The notes below the pieces were generated by a model. It was not told the DNA's origin and made no database searches. It saw only the letters and a program-made list of their open reading frames with translations. A program made the position numbers and the translations under genes. Positions 9,292 to 17,244 of a DNA stretch of 63,417 bases are shown here, piece by piece. Position 1 is the first letter of the stretch. Each line of letters starts with the position of its first letter. The stretch is from a virus (Duplodnaviria > Caudoviricetes): positions 1-63,417 of IMG/VR virus record IMGVR_UViG_3300047552_000359; one strand, 5' to 3'.

Positions 9292-10080
9292 GTGATGGCT
9301 GAGGAAGTAAAGTCCAATTGTCCTCGTTGTGGTGATACAAGAGAAAGATTATACACAAAGAAAGTACAAGGTGGTTATGTACGTTTTTGTCATAATGCAA
9401 ATTGTTATAAAGACGATTCATTTGTAAGAGATAAGCAACAAAGCCCCACAGATATTATACAACAAGCAAACCTTCTACATAAAACACAAGAGTCCTTTGA
9501 ATATGAAAATAAGCTATTAGAACTACCTTGGGATTTTTCTACAGAGTTATCTAGGGAGTGTATCTTATGGTTAAGTAAATATAATATTACATCAGAAGAA
9601 GTAAGAGAATTCAATATAGGATTCTCTAAAAGAATGAATAGATTAATACTACCTGTATATAATGAAGATGGTGTGTTAATTTATTATCAAGGTAGGAACT
9701 TAGGTAATGTGTCTAAGCATAATCCTAAGTATTTGAATGTACGGCAGATTGGTGCTAAAAATGTATACTTCAATAACTACACTCGTGCCGTAGAATCCCC
9801 TAATGCCTTGTTTATAGTTGAGGATATATTATCAGCTATAAAAGTAGGTAGGGTATATAAGAGTAAAGCCTTACTAGGGTCATACTTCCCTAAGGATTTT
9901 TATTCCACTATACCGTTAGATATAGAGGCCATTTATATTTGGTTAGATGATGATAAGTATCTAACTGCGTTAGCTGAGGCTAAGAGATTAAAGTTGTTGA
10001 CAAATAAGTTTATCCGTGTTATAAAGACACAACAAGACCCTAAGTGCTATGATGCACAATATATTAAGGAGCTTATATGA
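9292..10080 (+). CDS. DNA primase (zinc finger + TOPRIM)
   Basis: CPRC...CH..C, YQGR, KY, IVEDILSA, WLDDD, DPK. Confidence 0.9.
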   Translation: MMAEEVKSNCPRCGDTRERLYTKKVQGGYVRFCHNANCYKDDSFVRDKQQSPTDIIQQANLLHKTQESFEYENKLLELPWDFSTELSRECILWLSKYNITSEEVREFNIGFSKRMNRLILPVYNEDGVLIYYQGRNLGNVSKHNPKYLNVRQIGAKNVYFNNYTRAVESPNALFIVEDILSAIKVGRVYKSKALLGSYFPKDFYSTIPLDIEAIYIWLDDDKYLTALAEAKRLKLLTNKFIRVIKTQQDPKCYDAQYIKELI

Positions 10081-10336
10081 ATGAGCATGATTTAAAAAAG
10101 TTAAGATATCATCTAGTAAATAGAGGGGAATTAATTAATAATACTGCAGTTAAGGTAGGTGGGACTCGGAATATGTATGTACCCGTTGTTATGAGTATAG
10201 GTAGGTATTGGAGTAATGGATTAGTACCTATGTGGCAATAGGTAGAACAATGGCTAGAAATAGGGATACAGGTATTGTATGGCACATACGGCTTATAGGC
10301 CTAACTCCGAAAGGGAATAAGATAATATGCAAATAG
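10077..10336 (+). pseudogene. Interrupted TPKGN-family gene, or two tiny ORFs (10077-10241 and 10250-10336)
   Basis: The 5' part resembles the RYRxLxxGE family (RYHLVNRGELI) and stops at TAG 10239; LTPKGNKII lies in another frame at 10301-10327. Confidence 0.55.
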
Positions 10337-10599
10337 GAGATAAAGTATCATTCGACCATGATGGATTAACTGGCACAGGAACTATTTTATGTATAGATTT
10401 ATATAGTAGAGGTAATAGTAATTGGGTAATTAAATTGGATGGTGACCCTGATAAAGGCTGGAGTAGAGATTTTGATAGTCCAATACACGCAGTATTTAAA
10501 GAGAAGTACCCACATTTAGGTTATATTAGGGGTTTATGGAGCGTACCTGAGAGAAAGTTAAAATCAATGCTTACACCTAAGGGTAATAGGAGGATATAA
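10327..10599 (+). CDS. TPKGN-motif small protein (IGDKV family)
   Basis: MQIGDKV...KGW...MLTPKGNRRI. Confidence 0.75.
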   Translation: MQIGDKVSFDHDGLTGTGTILCIDLYSRGNSNWVIKLDGDPDKGWSRDFDSPIHAVFKEKYPHLGYIRGLWSVPERKLKSMLTPKGNRRI

Positions 10600-10781
10600 T
10601 GTGGAATAGTTATTTCCCTAAAGAGTATTGGGATATGCGCGAAGAAGATTTATTTAATGTTATTTGTACAAGATGTAACATTAGATTTGGTGCACACAGT
10701 TCTGAGGGATGTCCGGATGAACTAGGAGCTTTTAGTGCCCCGCCTTTAAAGACACCAAAAGGGAATAGAAAAATTAAATGA
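10599..10781 (+). CDS. TPKGN-motif small protein (FPxEY-CxxC-H-C family)
   Basis: FPKEY...CTRC...FGAH...C...LKTPKGNRK. Confidence 0.75.
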   Translation: MWNSYFPKEYWDMREEDLFNVICTRCNIRFGAHSSEGCPDELGAFSAPPLKTPKGNRKIK

Positions 10782-10990
10782 ACTCATGGATGCATATATT
10801 TCCAAAGGAATATACTAAACATACAGATTATGAAATATTAGCCATAATTTGCGAAAATTGTGGAGAAAGATTTGGTCAACATATTGGAGCTAGATGCCCT
10901 GAGTGCCTAAGCATAGCCGTTAAAAATGGCAATTATAACTTTATAGCACCTAAATTAACTACTCCTAAAGGAAACAGACGTGTCCTATAG
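10778..10990 (+). CDS. TPKGN-motif small protein (FPxEY-CxxC-H-C family)
   Basis: FPKEY...CENC...FGQH...C...LTTPKGNRR. Confidence 0.75.
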   Translation: MNSWMHIFPKEYTKHTDYEILAIICENCGERFGQHIGARCPECLSIAVKNGNYNFIAPKLTTPKGNRRVL

Positions 10991-12215
10991 TCCTGAATTG
11001 TATATACTAAAGTTATTTATTAAAGATAAGGATTCATTTGATTTATATTACCCACAAATAAAGGAATTTAATTATGATGTAGAAATTAAAACAATACTAT
11101 TCTGTATTAATAAATATTATGTTAATTACCCTACTCACTTATACATAGGGAAAGAAGAATTAAGAACCTATTACAACAGCATGTATCCACTAGATAAAAA
11201 TAAGCAGATAGTCTCTGATATCTTGGATACAATCTATAGTATTGAAGTATCAGATAGTATCATAAGGGATATTATAAAGAATATAATAGAAAAAGAAATA
11301 AGCCTTGCCATAATAGGTAAGCTAACTTCTGTAATAACAGAAAATAAGTATGGGGTATTACCTACTGTTACTGAGGATATAGCTAAATTTGACCAGTTAA
11401 TTGTCCAACAAGACCCTGAGGAAATCTTTGTATCATCTGATATAGAAGAACTACTGGAAATTAAGAAACAACAGGGTATTATTAAATGGAGGAATCCTGC
11501 CATACAAGAAGCCCTTAAAGGAGTATGTGGGGCTACCTTAGGTCACGTATTTGCTAGACCTGAGACAGGTAAGACATCTTTTCTAGCTTCTGAATTAACT
11601 TATATGTCTAGGCAATTTGCTGAGGATGAGTGCGCATTATGGTGTAATAATGAACAGGAGAAATCTAAAGTAGTTATGCGTAATTATACAGCAATGCTTA
11701 ATCAACCTGAGGATGTTATCATAAACAACATAAGCAGGGCTAGGGATGCTTACCTTAAGAATGGTGGATATAAGATTAAACTTTACGATAATGCTTATAT
11801 CTCAATAGACATGCTACGCAAGTTAATTAAAACCTTTAGACCTAGGATTGTTGTAATAGACCAAGGAGATAAGGTAATTTACAGTGGGGCATCTAAATTA
11901 GACGGACACGTTAGACTTAAGGAATTGTATAGACAGTTTCGTGAGTTAGCTAAAGAATTTAATACACATATACTCACTGTTGGACAAGCAAGTGGTGAGG
12001 CAGAAGGAAAGCGTTGGCTTCAAATGACTCACATGGATATGTCTAAAACAGGTAAGCCGGGGGAAATGGATTATGTATTAGGCATAGGCAAAGAGTCTAC
12101 AGAAGGGGAGGATACTGGATTACGCTACTTTCACTTCTGTAAGAATAAAGAAGGTAAACACTCTAAATTTGTTCTACAACTAAATTCAGATACAGGGAGA
12201 TACAATGAGATATAG
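10980..12215 (+). CDS. Replicative DNA helicase (DnaB/SF4-like)
   Basis: Walker A ARPETGKT, Walker B VVIDQ, GQAS, KNK. Confidence 0.92.
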   Translation: MSYSPELYILKLFIKDKDSFDLYYPQIKEFNYDVEIKTILFCINKYYVNYPTHLYIGKEELRTYYNSMYPLDKNKQIVSDILDTIYSIEVSDSIIRDIIKNIIEKEISLAIIGKLTSVITENKYGVLPTVTEDIAKFDQLIVQQDPEEIFVSSDIEELLEIKKQQGIIKWRNPAIQEALKGVCGATLGHVFARPETGKTSFLASELTYMSRQFAEDECALWCNNEQEKSKVVMRNYTAMLNQPEDVIINNISRARDAYLKNGGYKIKLYDNAYISIDMLRKLIKTFRPRIVVIDQGDKVIYSGASKLDGHVRLKELYRQFRELAKEFNTHILTVGQASGEAEGKRWLQMTHMDMSKTGKPGEMDYVLGIGKESTEGEDTGLRYFHFCKNKEGKHSKFVLQLNSDTGRYNEI

Positions 12216-12438
12216 AGAAATAGCAGGTGATGAAAAAATTAAAGAAGGTTACGTCTACTCTTATAAGAAACTGCCATTAACAAAATTAGGAGAGATAGTA
12301 TACACAGCCGACCTAGAAATAAGAACAAATAAGTGTAGGTGTAGTATAGGAAAGACAATAAACACACATAGAGTAGTAACACCTTATTATGTGTATGAAT
12401 TATTAAACACTACTCCAAAAGGAAATAAAATAAGATGA
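12205..12438 (+). CDS. TPKGN-motif small protein (RYRxxxxGE family)
   Basis: MRYREIAGDEKI...NTTPKGNKIR. Confidence 0.75.
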   Translation: MRYREIAGDEKIKEGYVYSYKKLPLTKLGEIVYTADLEIRTNKCRCSIGKTINTHRVVTPYYVYELLNTTPKGNKIR

Positions 12439-12665
12439 GTACTTTAATGCATGAAGGAAGGCGGTATAGGCGTATGTTAGAGGGGGAAAAATTAACCAAT
12501 GATTGTATATATACAGATGCTCCCACACATGGTTATTTATATTCTTGTAGATATATGAATGGTCACGCTATTAAACCTGAATGGCTTCTACATGATGCAC
12601 ATAGATTTTATATGCTAGAAACAAAAACACCAAAGGGGAATAGGGTATGCCATTATTTGAAGTAG
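12435..12665 (+). CDS. TPKGN-motif small protein (RYRxLxxGE family)
   Basis: RYRRMLEGEKL...TKTPKGNRV. Confidence 0.75.
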   Translation: MSTLMHEGRRYRRMLEGEKLTNDCIYTDAPTHGYLYSCRYMNGHAIKPEWLLHDAHRFYMLETKTPKGNRVCHYLK

Positions 12666-12802
12666 TATGTATAGAGTGTCATAATAAAGAGACTGTATTA
12701 GTTCACCATAGTGAGATACATAAAATACATTGTGCTATATGTGGCTCACCTACACAACAATTAGTAAGTCCTATAGCAAAGACACCGGAAAGGTGGAAGT
12801 AA
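12647..12802 (+). CDS. FmdB-like zinc-ribbon protein (51 aa, not in ORF track)
   Basis: MPLFEVVCIEC...CAICGS; TAATG overlap with the next gene. Confidence 0.65.
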   Translation: MPLFEVVCIECHNKETVLVHHSEIHKIHCAICGSPTQQLVSPIAKTPERWK

Positions 12803-13131
12803 TGCGTATTACATTTAAGTATATAACTCAATTGGCACAAAGGGCTGGAATTAGAGTTAGGCATTGTAGGGAACATAGGTTTGTATATGGTAGTAGGGGT
12901 TATTTAGTATACGATGGTGGTTTATTTCCAAGTTGGTTTGGTGTATTAACAGATGTTGAGAGATATATTAAAGATAAATACACTACACCTAAAGGTAATA
13001 TTAAACGAAAAGAAGAACCTAAAATACAAGAAATAAGAGGAGTAGGCTCTAGTTTTAGTACTAGCTTTACTACTAGGGCTAGACCTACATGGTATAGTGA
13101 CAATGAGCCAACTGAAATATCTGGCTTTTGA
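12802..13131 (+). CDS. Protein with an internal TPKGN motif
   Basis: ATG in a TAATG overlap; YTTPKGNIKR at 12985, followed by about 40 more residues. Confidence 0.65.
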   Translation: MRITFKYITQLAQRAGIRVRHCREHRFVYGSRGYLVYDGGLFPSWFGVLTDVERYIKDKYTTPKGNIKRKEEPKIQEIRGVGSSFSTSFTTRARPTWYSDNEPTEISGF

Positions 13132-14302
13132 TTTTGAGACAACTCGCACCTATAATATGGGGTATGATGATAGGGCATACCCCATCTTACTAGGGATAAT
13201 AACATCTACAGGAGATAAATACTCTTGGATTTTTAATCACGATACTGTAACCCCATTGGATATAAATAAAGCAAGACAAGAAATACAGGATTTAATAGAT
13301 AACACACAAGTAATTATAGCTCACAATATTAAGTTTGATTTACATTGGCTGAGGAGATTAGGTATTGATTATAGTAAAGTTAAGTTATATTGTTCTCAGA
13401 CTGCAGAGTATCTTATTAATGGGGAGAATAATAGGGTTAGGTATGCTCTAGCAGAAACATCCCTTCGTTATGGGATACCTGCTAAACATGATGCTGTTAA
13501 GGATTGGTGGGATGCGGGGTACGAGACTAACGAGATACCTTTAAATATCTTAGTGCCATATTGTATGCAGGATACAGCTAACACGTTAGCATTGTATCAG
13601 AAACAGCAATCCATTATACTGTCGAAGAATTTAACTAAGCTGTGTAACTTATCTTGTGAGCTAATACGAACTCTACAGGAAATAGAATGGAATGGTATGA
13701 AGCTAGATGTTGAGCTTTGTACTAATTACTCTACTAGTTATGGAGAACAAATTGAAAATCTGTATACTAAACTTAATTCTTTTATCCGGTCTAATATTCT
13801 GGACTTACATGAACTGCCCTTAAGAGATACAGCTAATAAACCACTACCTAATTTTGGTTCAGGAGAGCAATTATCTGCATTACTATTTGGAGGTGAGTTA
13901 AAATATAAAGGGAGGGTAGCTGGTGCTAAAGAAGGAACAACTAAAAATGGGACAGTCATATTACGAACTACTGGACTGGGACTCGTTCCTAGAGATGGAA
14001 CGGAAACTAGCGTTGATGGCTATTATCAAACCGATAAGGCTCAACTACAAGGACTTAAAGTAAAGAATAAAACACAACGTGTATTTCTAGAACAGCTATC
14101 AGAATTATCTAAATTAGAGAAGATGAAGGGCACTTATTTTGATGGTATGCTAACACATGTATATAAAGGAATAGTTCACTGTAATATAAAGAATACACGT
14201 ACAGTAACAGGTAGACTATCTGTTACAGACCCTGCACTTCAAACCATACCAAGGGGGAGTACAAGTCCAGTAAAACAAGTCTTCATATCTAGGTACAATT
14301 AA
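13097..14302 (+). CDS. polA: Family A DNA polymerase, N-terminal part (3'-5' exonuclease + thumb)
   Basis: DFET ExoI, AHNIKFD ExoII, YCMQD ExoIII, TVTGRLS...LQTIPR; ends just before motif A. Confidence 0.92.
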   Translation: MTMSQLKYLAFDFETTRTYNMGYDDRAYPILLGIITSTGDKYSWIFNHDTVTPLDINKARQEIQDLIDNTQVIIAHNIKFDLHWLRRLGIDYSKVKLYCSQTAEYLINGENNRVRYALAETSLRYGIPAKHDAVKDWWDAGYETNEIPLNILVPYCMQDTANTLALYQKQQSIILSKNLTKLCNLSCELIRTLQEIEWNGMKLDVELCTNYSTSYGEQIENLYTKLNSFIRSNILDLHELPLRDTANKPLPNFGSGEQLSALLFGGELKYKGRVAGAKEGTTKNGTVILRTTGLGLVPRDGTETSVDGYYQTDKAQLQGLKVKNKTQRVFLEQLSELSKLEKMKGTYFDGMLTHVYKGIVHCNIKNTRTVTGRLSVTDPALQTIPRGSTSPVKQVFISRYN

Positions 14303-14385
14303 AATTATGGAGGTAAATTAATTATTCTTAAAAATTATATGCACCTAAATTAAAAAAGCTTACGTTTTCAAATAATCTTACACCT

Positions 14386-14613
14386 ATGTATTTAATTCAA
14401 TTAGGTATATTTCCTATCTATCTTGATATAGATAGAAGCAGTTATTGGGAAGAAAATCTATGGAGATTTAGTTGGAAATTTACAGCTATACAATATGCTA
14501 CTGCTGATAAAGAACGAGCTACTACTATGCTTGCTAGATGTACATATTGTACAACAGTAGTATACACAACTAAGAAAGGAAATACATTGAGGATAAATAA
14601 AGATGCCATTTAA
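14386..14613 (+). CDS. TPKGN-variant (TKKGN) small protein
   Basis: ...VYTTKKGNTLR. Confidence 0.6.
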   Translation: MYLIQLGIFPIYLDIDRSSYWEENLWRFSWKFTAIQYATADKERATTMLARCTYCTTVVYTTKKGNTLRINKDAI

Positions 14614-14836
14614 ATTATTAGAAGAAAATGAGATTATTTGTGTAGGGGATAGGTGTTTACAGACCAATAATATTCCTACACCTAGTGAGTATGTGTTTAG
14701 GCAGATGTTTCCTTGTTGGGGGAGTGTGGGTTATACACCTCGTAAATATAGAGAACGATTTGGTATTGAGTTTTATGTTATGCGAGAGATTAAATTAACT
14801 CCTAAGGGGAATAGAATATATGACTCTAAAAGATAA
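14603..14836 (+). CDS. TPKGN-motif small protein (FKLLxxxExI family)
   Basis: MPFKLLEENEIICVGD...KLTPKGNRI. Confidence 0.75.
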   Translation: MPFKLLEENEIICVGDRCLQTNNIPTPSEYVFRQMFPCWGSVGYTPRKYRERFGIEFYVMREIKLTPKGNRIYDSKR

Positions 14837-15422
14837 GAAGAATAAACTAATATGTGATTATATGCCGTATGCACAAAAGCAAGCTAATATATTTGTGACA
14901 AAATATAATATAGAGAATTACCTAGATGATTTTGTATCAATAGCATACTTAGGTTTATGTAAGGCTGCTAAGAAATATAGATTCTCTAGGAAGCATAACT
15001 TCGCACACTTTGCAGCTATCTATATTATAGGGGCTATGTTAGATGAATTTCGTAAGATGGATTTACTTACTAAGAGTGAACGTAAAGCTAAGATAGCAGG
15101 GGAGTCTGATACTCACTTACAATTAGTAAGTATAGATGAGGAACAAACCTACGATTATAATACAGGAGAATCTTATACCATAGCAGATATGCTTGAATCA
15201 GATGATATTGGGCTAGATGAGCATATACAAAAACAAGAAGCACTACAGAAGATACAAGATGCTGTATGTAAGTTACCTAAACAGGAGCAGTTAGTATTTT
15301 GTCTTTATATGAATAATAATTATACAACCTATAAAGAGATTGGGCATATATTAGGTATGTCAGAAGCAAGGGTATCTCAACTACTACATAAAGCTAAGGA
15401 ACTTATAAAGGGGGATTTATGA
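14820..15422 (+). CDS. Phage sigma-70 family factor (FliA/WhiG-like)
   Basis: Region 2 DDFVSIAYLGLCKAA...GAMLDEFR; region 4 LPKQEQLV...TYKEIGHILGMSEARVSQL. Confidence 0.9.
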   Translation: MTLKDKKNKLICDYMPYAQKQANIFVTKYNIENYLDDFVSIAYLGLCKAAKKYRFSRKHNFAHFAAIYIIGAMLDEFRKMDLLTKSERKAKIAGESDTHLQLVSIDEEQTYDYNTGESYTIADMLESDDIGLDEHIQKQEALQKIQDAVCKLPKQEQLVFCLYMNNNYTTYKEIGHILGMSEARVSQLLHKAKELIKGDL

Positions 15423-15574
15423 AATACTATTGTTATCAATGTGATGCTGAGGTTGATTGGTTAGCTCCTGATAGCCGATGTAAGAAGTGCACTAGATTAA
15501 CTGTAGAAGAAGTTAAAGGAGAGTGCCCTTGCTGTAGCGGCCCGTCCGGTGGTACGGATGGTTAGGAGAGGGAG

Positions 15575-15826
15575 ATGGATATTAAAAATATCAGCCAAAT
15601 AATCGAGGATTTACAGAGTGTTAAAGAAGCCCATTACAAAGAAGTCAGTTTCCATATCAATGATTGCATTGAGGCGCATAAAGAAATAACTAGGCTTGAA
15701 TCACAACTCGCCACCATCCGCCAAGACACGGCGCGGGAGTGCGCGGAGATAGTGGAAAATACGGGAGTTCCGTGGGCTTGTTACGATTTAGCAGACTCCA
15801 TCCGCCAGCGGTTCGGGGTGGAGTGA
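15575..15826 (+). CDS. Hypothetical protein, GC-richer
   Basis: GGAG RBS; ends ARECAEI...ADSIRQRFGVE. Confidence 0.65.
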   Translation: MDIKNISQIIEDLQSVKEAHYKEVSFHINDCIEAHKEITRLESQLATIRQDTARECAEIVENTGVPWACYDLADSIRQRFGVE

Positions 15827-15843
15827 AAGAGGGGTGGGATATA

Positions 15844-16125
15844 ATGGGAAGAAAATTAGGTAGTAAAAATAAACATAAGATAATGGAACCTGCAGGTATA
15901 TCAGATATTCCTAAGGAAGTGGTCGCAGAAGCAATACAATTAGTTAAAGAAAAAAGAGAAGCTAAAAATACTTTAGATGGGTGGGTTAATATTTATAGAT
16001 TTGAGAGGGAAGGTAAGATAGACTTCTTTTCAGGGACAGATATCCATAGGACACAAGATGCTGCTAAATTCATGGCACAGCGTGGTTGTATTGGACAAAC
16101 ATATATTTCAGTGGAGGTTAAGTAA
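15844..16125 (+). CDS. Hypothetical protein
   Basis: Likely start MGRKLGSKNK inside the 15739 ORF. Confidence 0.6.
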   Translation: MGRKLGSKNKHKIMEPAGISDIPKEVVAEAIQLVKEKREAKNTLDGWVNIYRFEREGKIDFFSGTDIHRTQDAAKFMAQRGCIGQTYISVEVK

Positions 16126-16641
16126 TTGATTTGGTTTACAGCAGATGAGCATTATTACCATAGTAATATTATCTCAAATAGGTTTAGGGAAAGGAGGCCT
16201 TTTAATACAGTAGATGAAATGAATCGCACATTAATTAGAAATCACAATGAGTTTGTAAGTGATGGTGATTTAGTATACCACCTAGGTGACTTTACTTTCT
16301 CTAAAAATTTACCAGAAGCTCGTACTTTACTAAGTAAACTAAAGGGTAGGCATATATTAATTTTAGGCAACCATGATTTATTTAAGCCTTTTGATTACAT
16401 CGAAATGGGTTTTGAGGGTGTACATACTTCTTTAGAACTTAATACGATGTTTGGTACTGTAGGTAGACCCACCCTTATACATGACCCTGCAGTAGCGGGA
16501 GTATTTAAAGAGGATTATTTTATTCATGGGCATACTCATGGGTTGGGATTACATTTAGCCCACAATACTTTTGGTGTATCTGTGGAATTACATAATTATC
16601 ATCCAGTATCAATACAGGATATTACTTTTAAGGAGAGGTAG
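16126..16641 (+). CDS. Calcineurin-like metallophosphoesterase
   Basis: ADEH, LGDF, GNHD, HGHTH. Confidence 0.9.
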   Translation: MIWFTADEHYYHSNIISNRFRERRPFNTVDEMNRTLIRNHNEFVSDGDLVYHLGDFTFSKNLPEARTLLSKLKGRHILILGNHDLFKPFDYIEMGFEGVHTSLELNTMFGTVGRPTLIHDPAVAGVFKEDYFIHGHTHGLGLHLAHNTFGVSVELHNYHPVSIQDITFKER

Positions 16642-16989
16642 CTATGGGTGAGCAGGCAGATTATATAGTTGATATGATGATGGATGGTAAGTATCATTCT
16701 GGCTATACTACTAGTAGAAGGCGAACACTTAAGTGTAATAAATGTGGTTCCACCAACGTGCATTGGCATCAATAACCATCAGGTAAGTGGTTTTTATTTA
16801 CAGGAGAGGAGGCGCATAAGTGTGAAGAAAAAACTTAAAGACTTAAGTTATAAAGATTATACTTTGCTATTAAAGTCTGGATTACTTTGGGAATTATACC
16901 CAGAGGCAACTGGAGATTATTATGTTGATACATGCTGGAAATAAGGTTTGTTTATGTAAAGACGAGTATATAGAAAGTGGTATAGATAT

Positions 16990-17244
16990 ATGATAAAGAA
17001 AAAATTAGAAATTTATTCAGCAGAGTGGGTAGAAGAAGCAACTAAAGACTATTCAGAATTTTTATATGAACCTTGCTCTTCTTGTAAATTAAGAGACTAT
17101 TTTAGTGAGAATAATGAGTATATTTGTTTAGTTAGCGATGGAAGTGATTTACCTAATTGCCCATATTATATGAAACACTCATGCTCTAACGAGAATCCAA
17201 ACATGAGTATCGTTAATAGCGAAAAGGAGGTGGGTCTGTGTTAA
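16990..17244 (+). CDS. Cys-rich hypothetical protein
   Basis: 84-aa ORF, CSSC...C...CPY. Confidence 0.55.
   Translation: MIKKKLEIYSAEWVEEATKDYSEFLYEPCSSCKLRDYFSENNEYICLVSDGSDLPNCPYYMKHSCSNENPNMSIVNSEKEVGLC

Noticed and set aside
9255-9294. Frameshifted N-terminal extension of the primase (MLSNKERDK*)
   Set aside because: The primase has its own AAGGAG RBS before GTG/ATG at 9292-9297; the evidence for a frameshift is too weak.
2877-14815. TPKGN-coding DNA as a CRISPR-like or integron attC repeat array
   Set aside because: Copies are in-frame coding, vary at wobble positions, are irregularly spaced and not palindromic; no cas operon or integrase is seen.
14303-17237. Giant intron joining the two polymerase halves
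   Set aside because: No group I or II core motifs were seen, and the second half has its own strong RBS and start codon.
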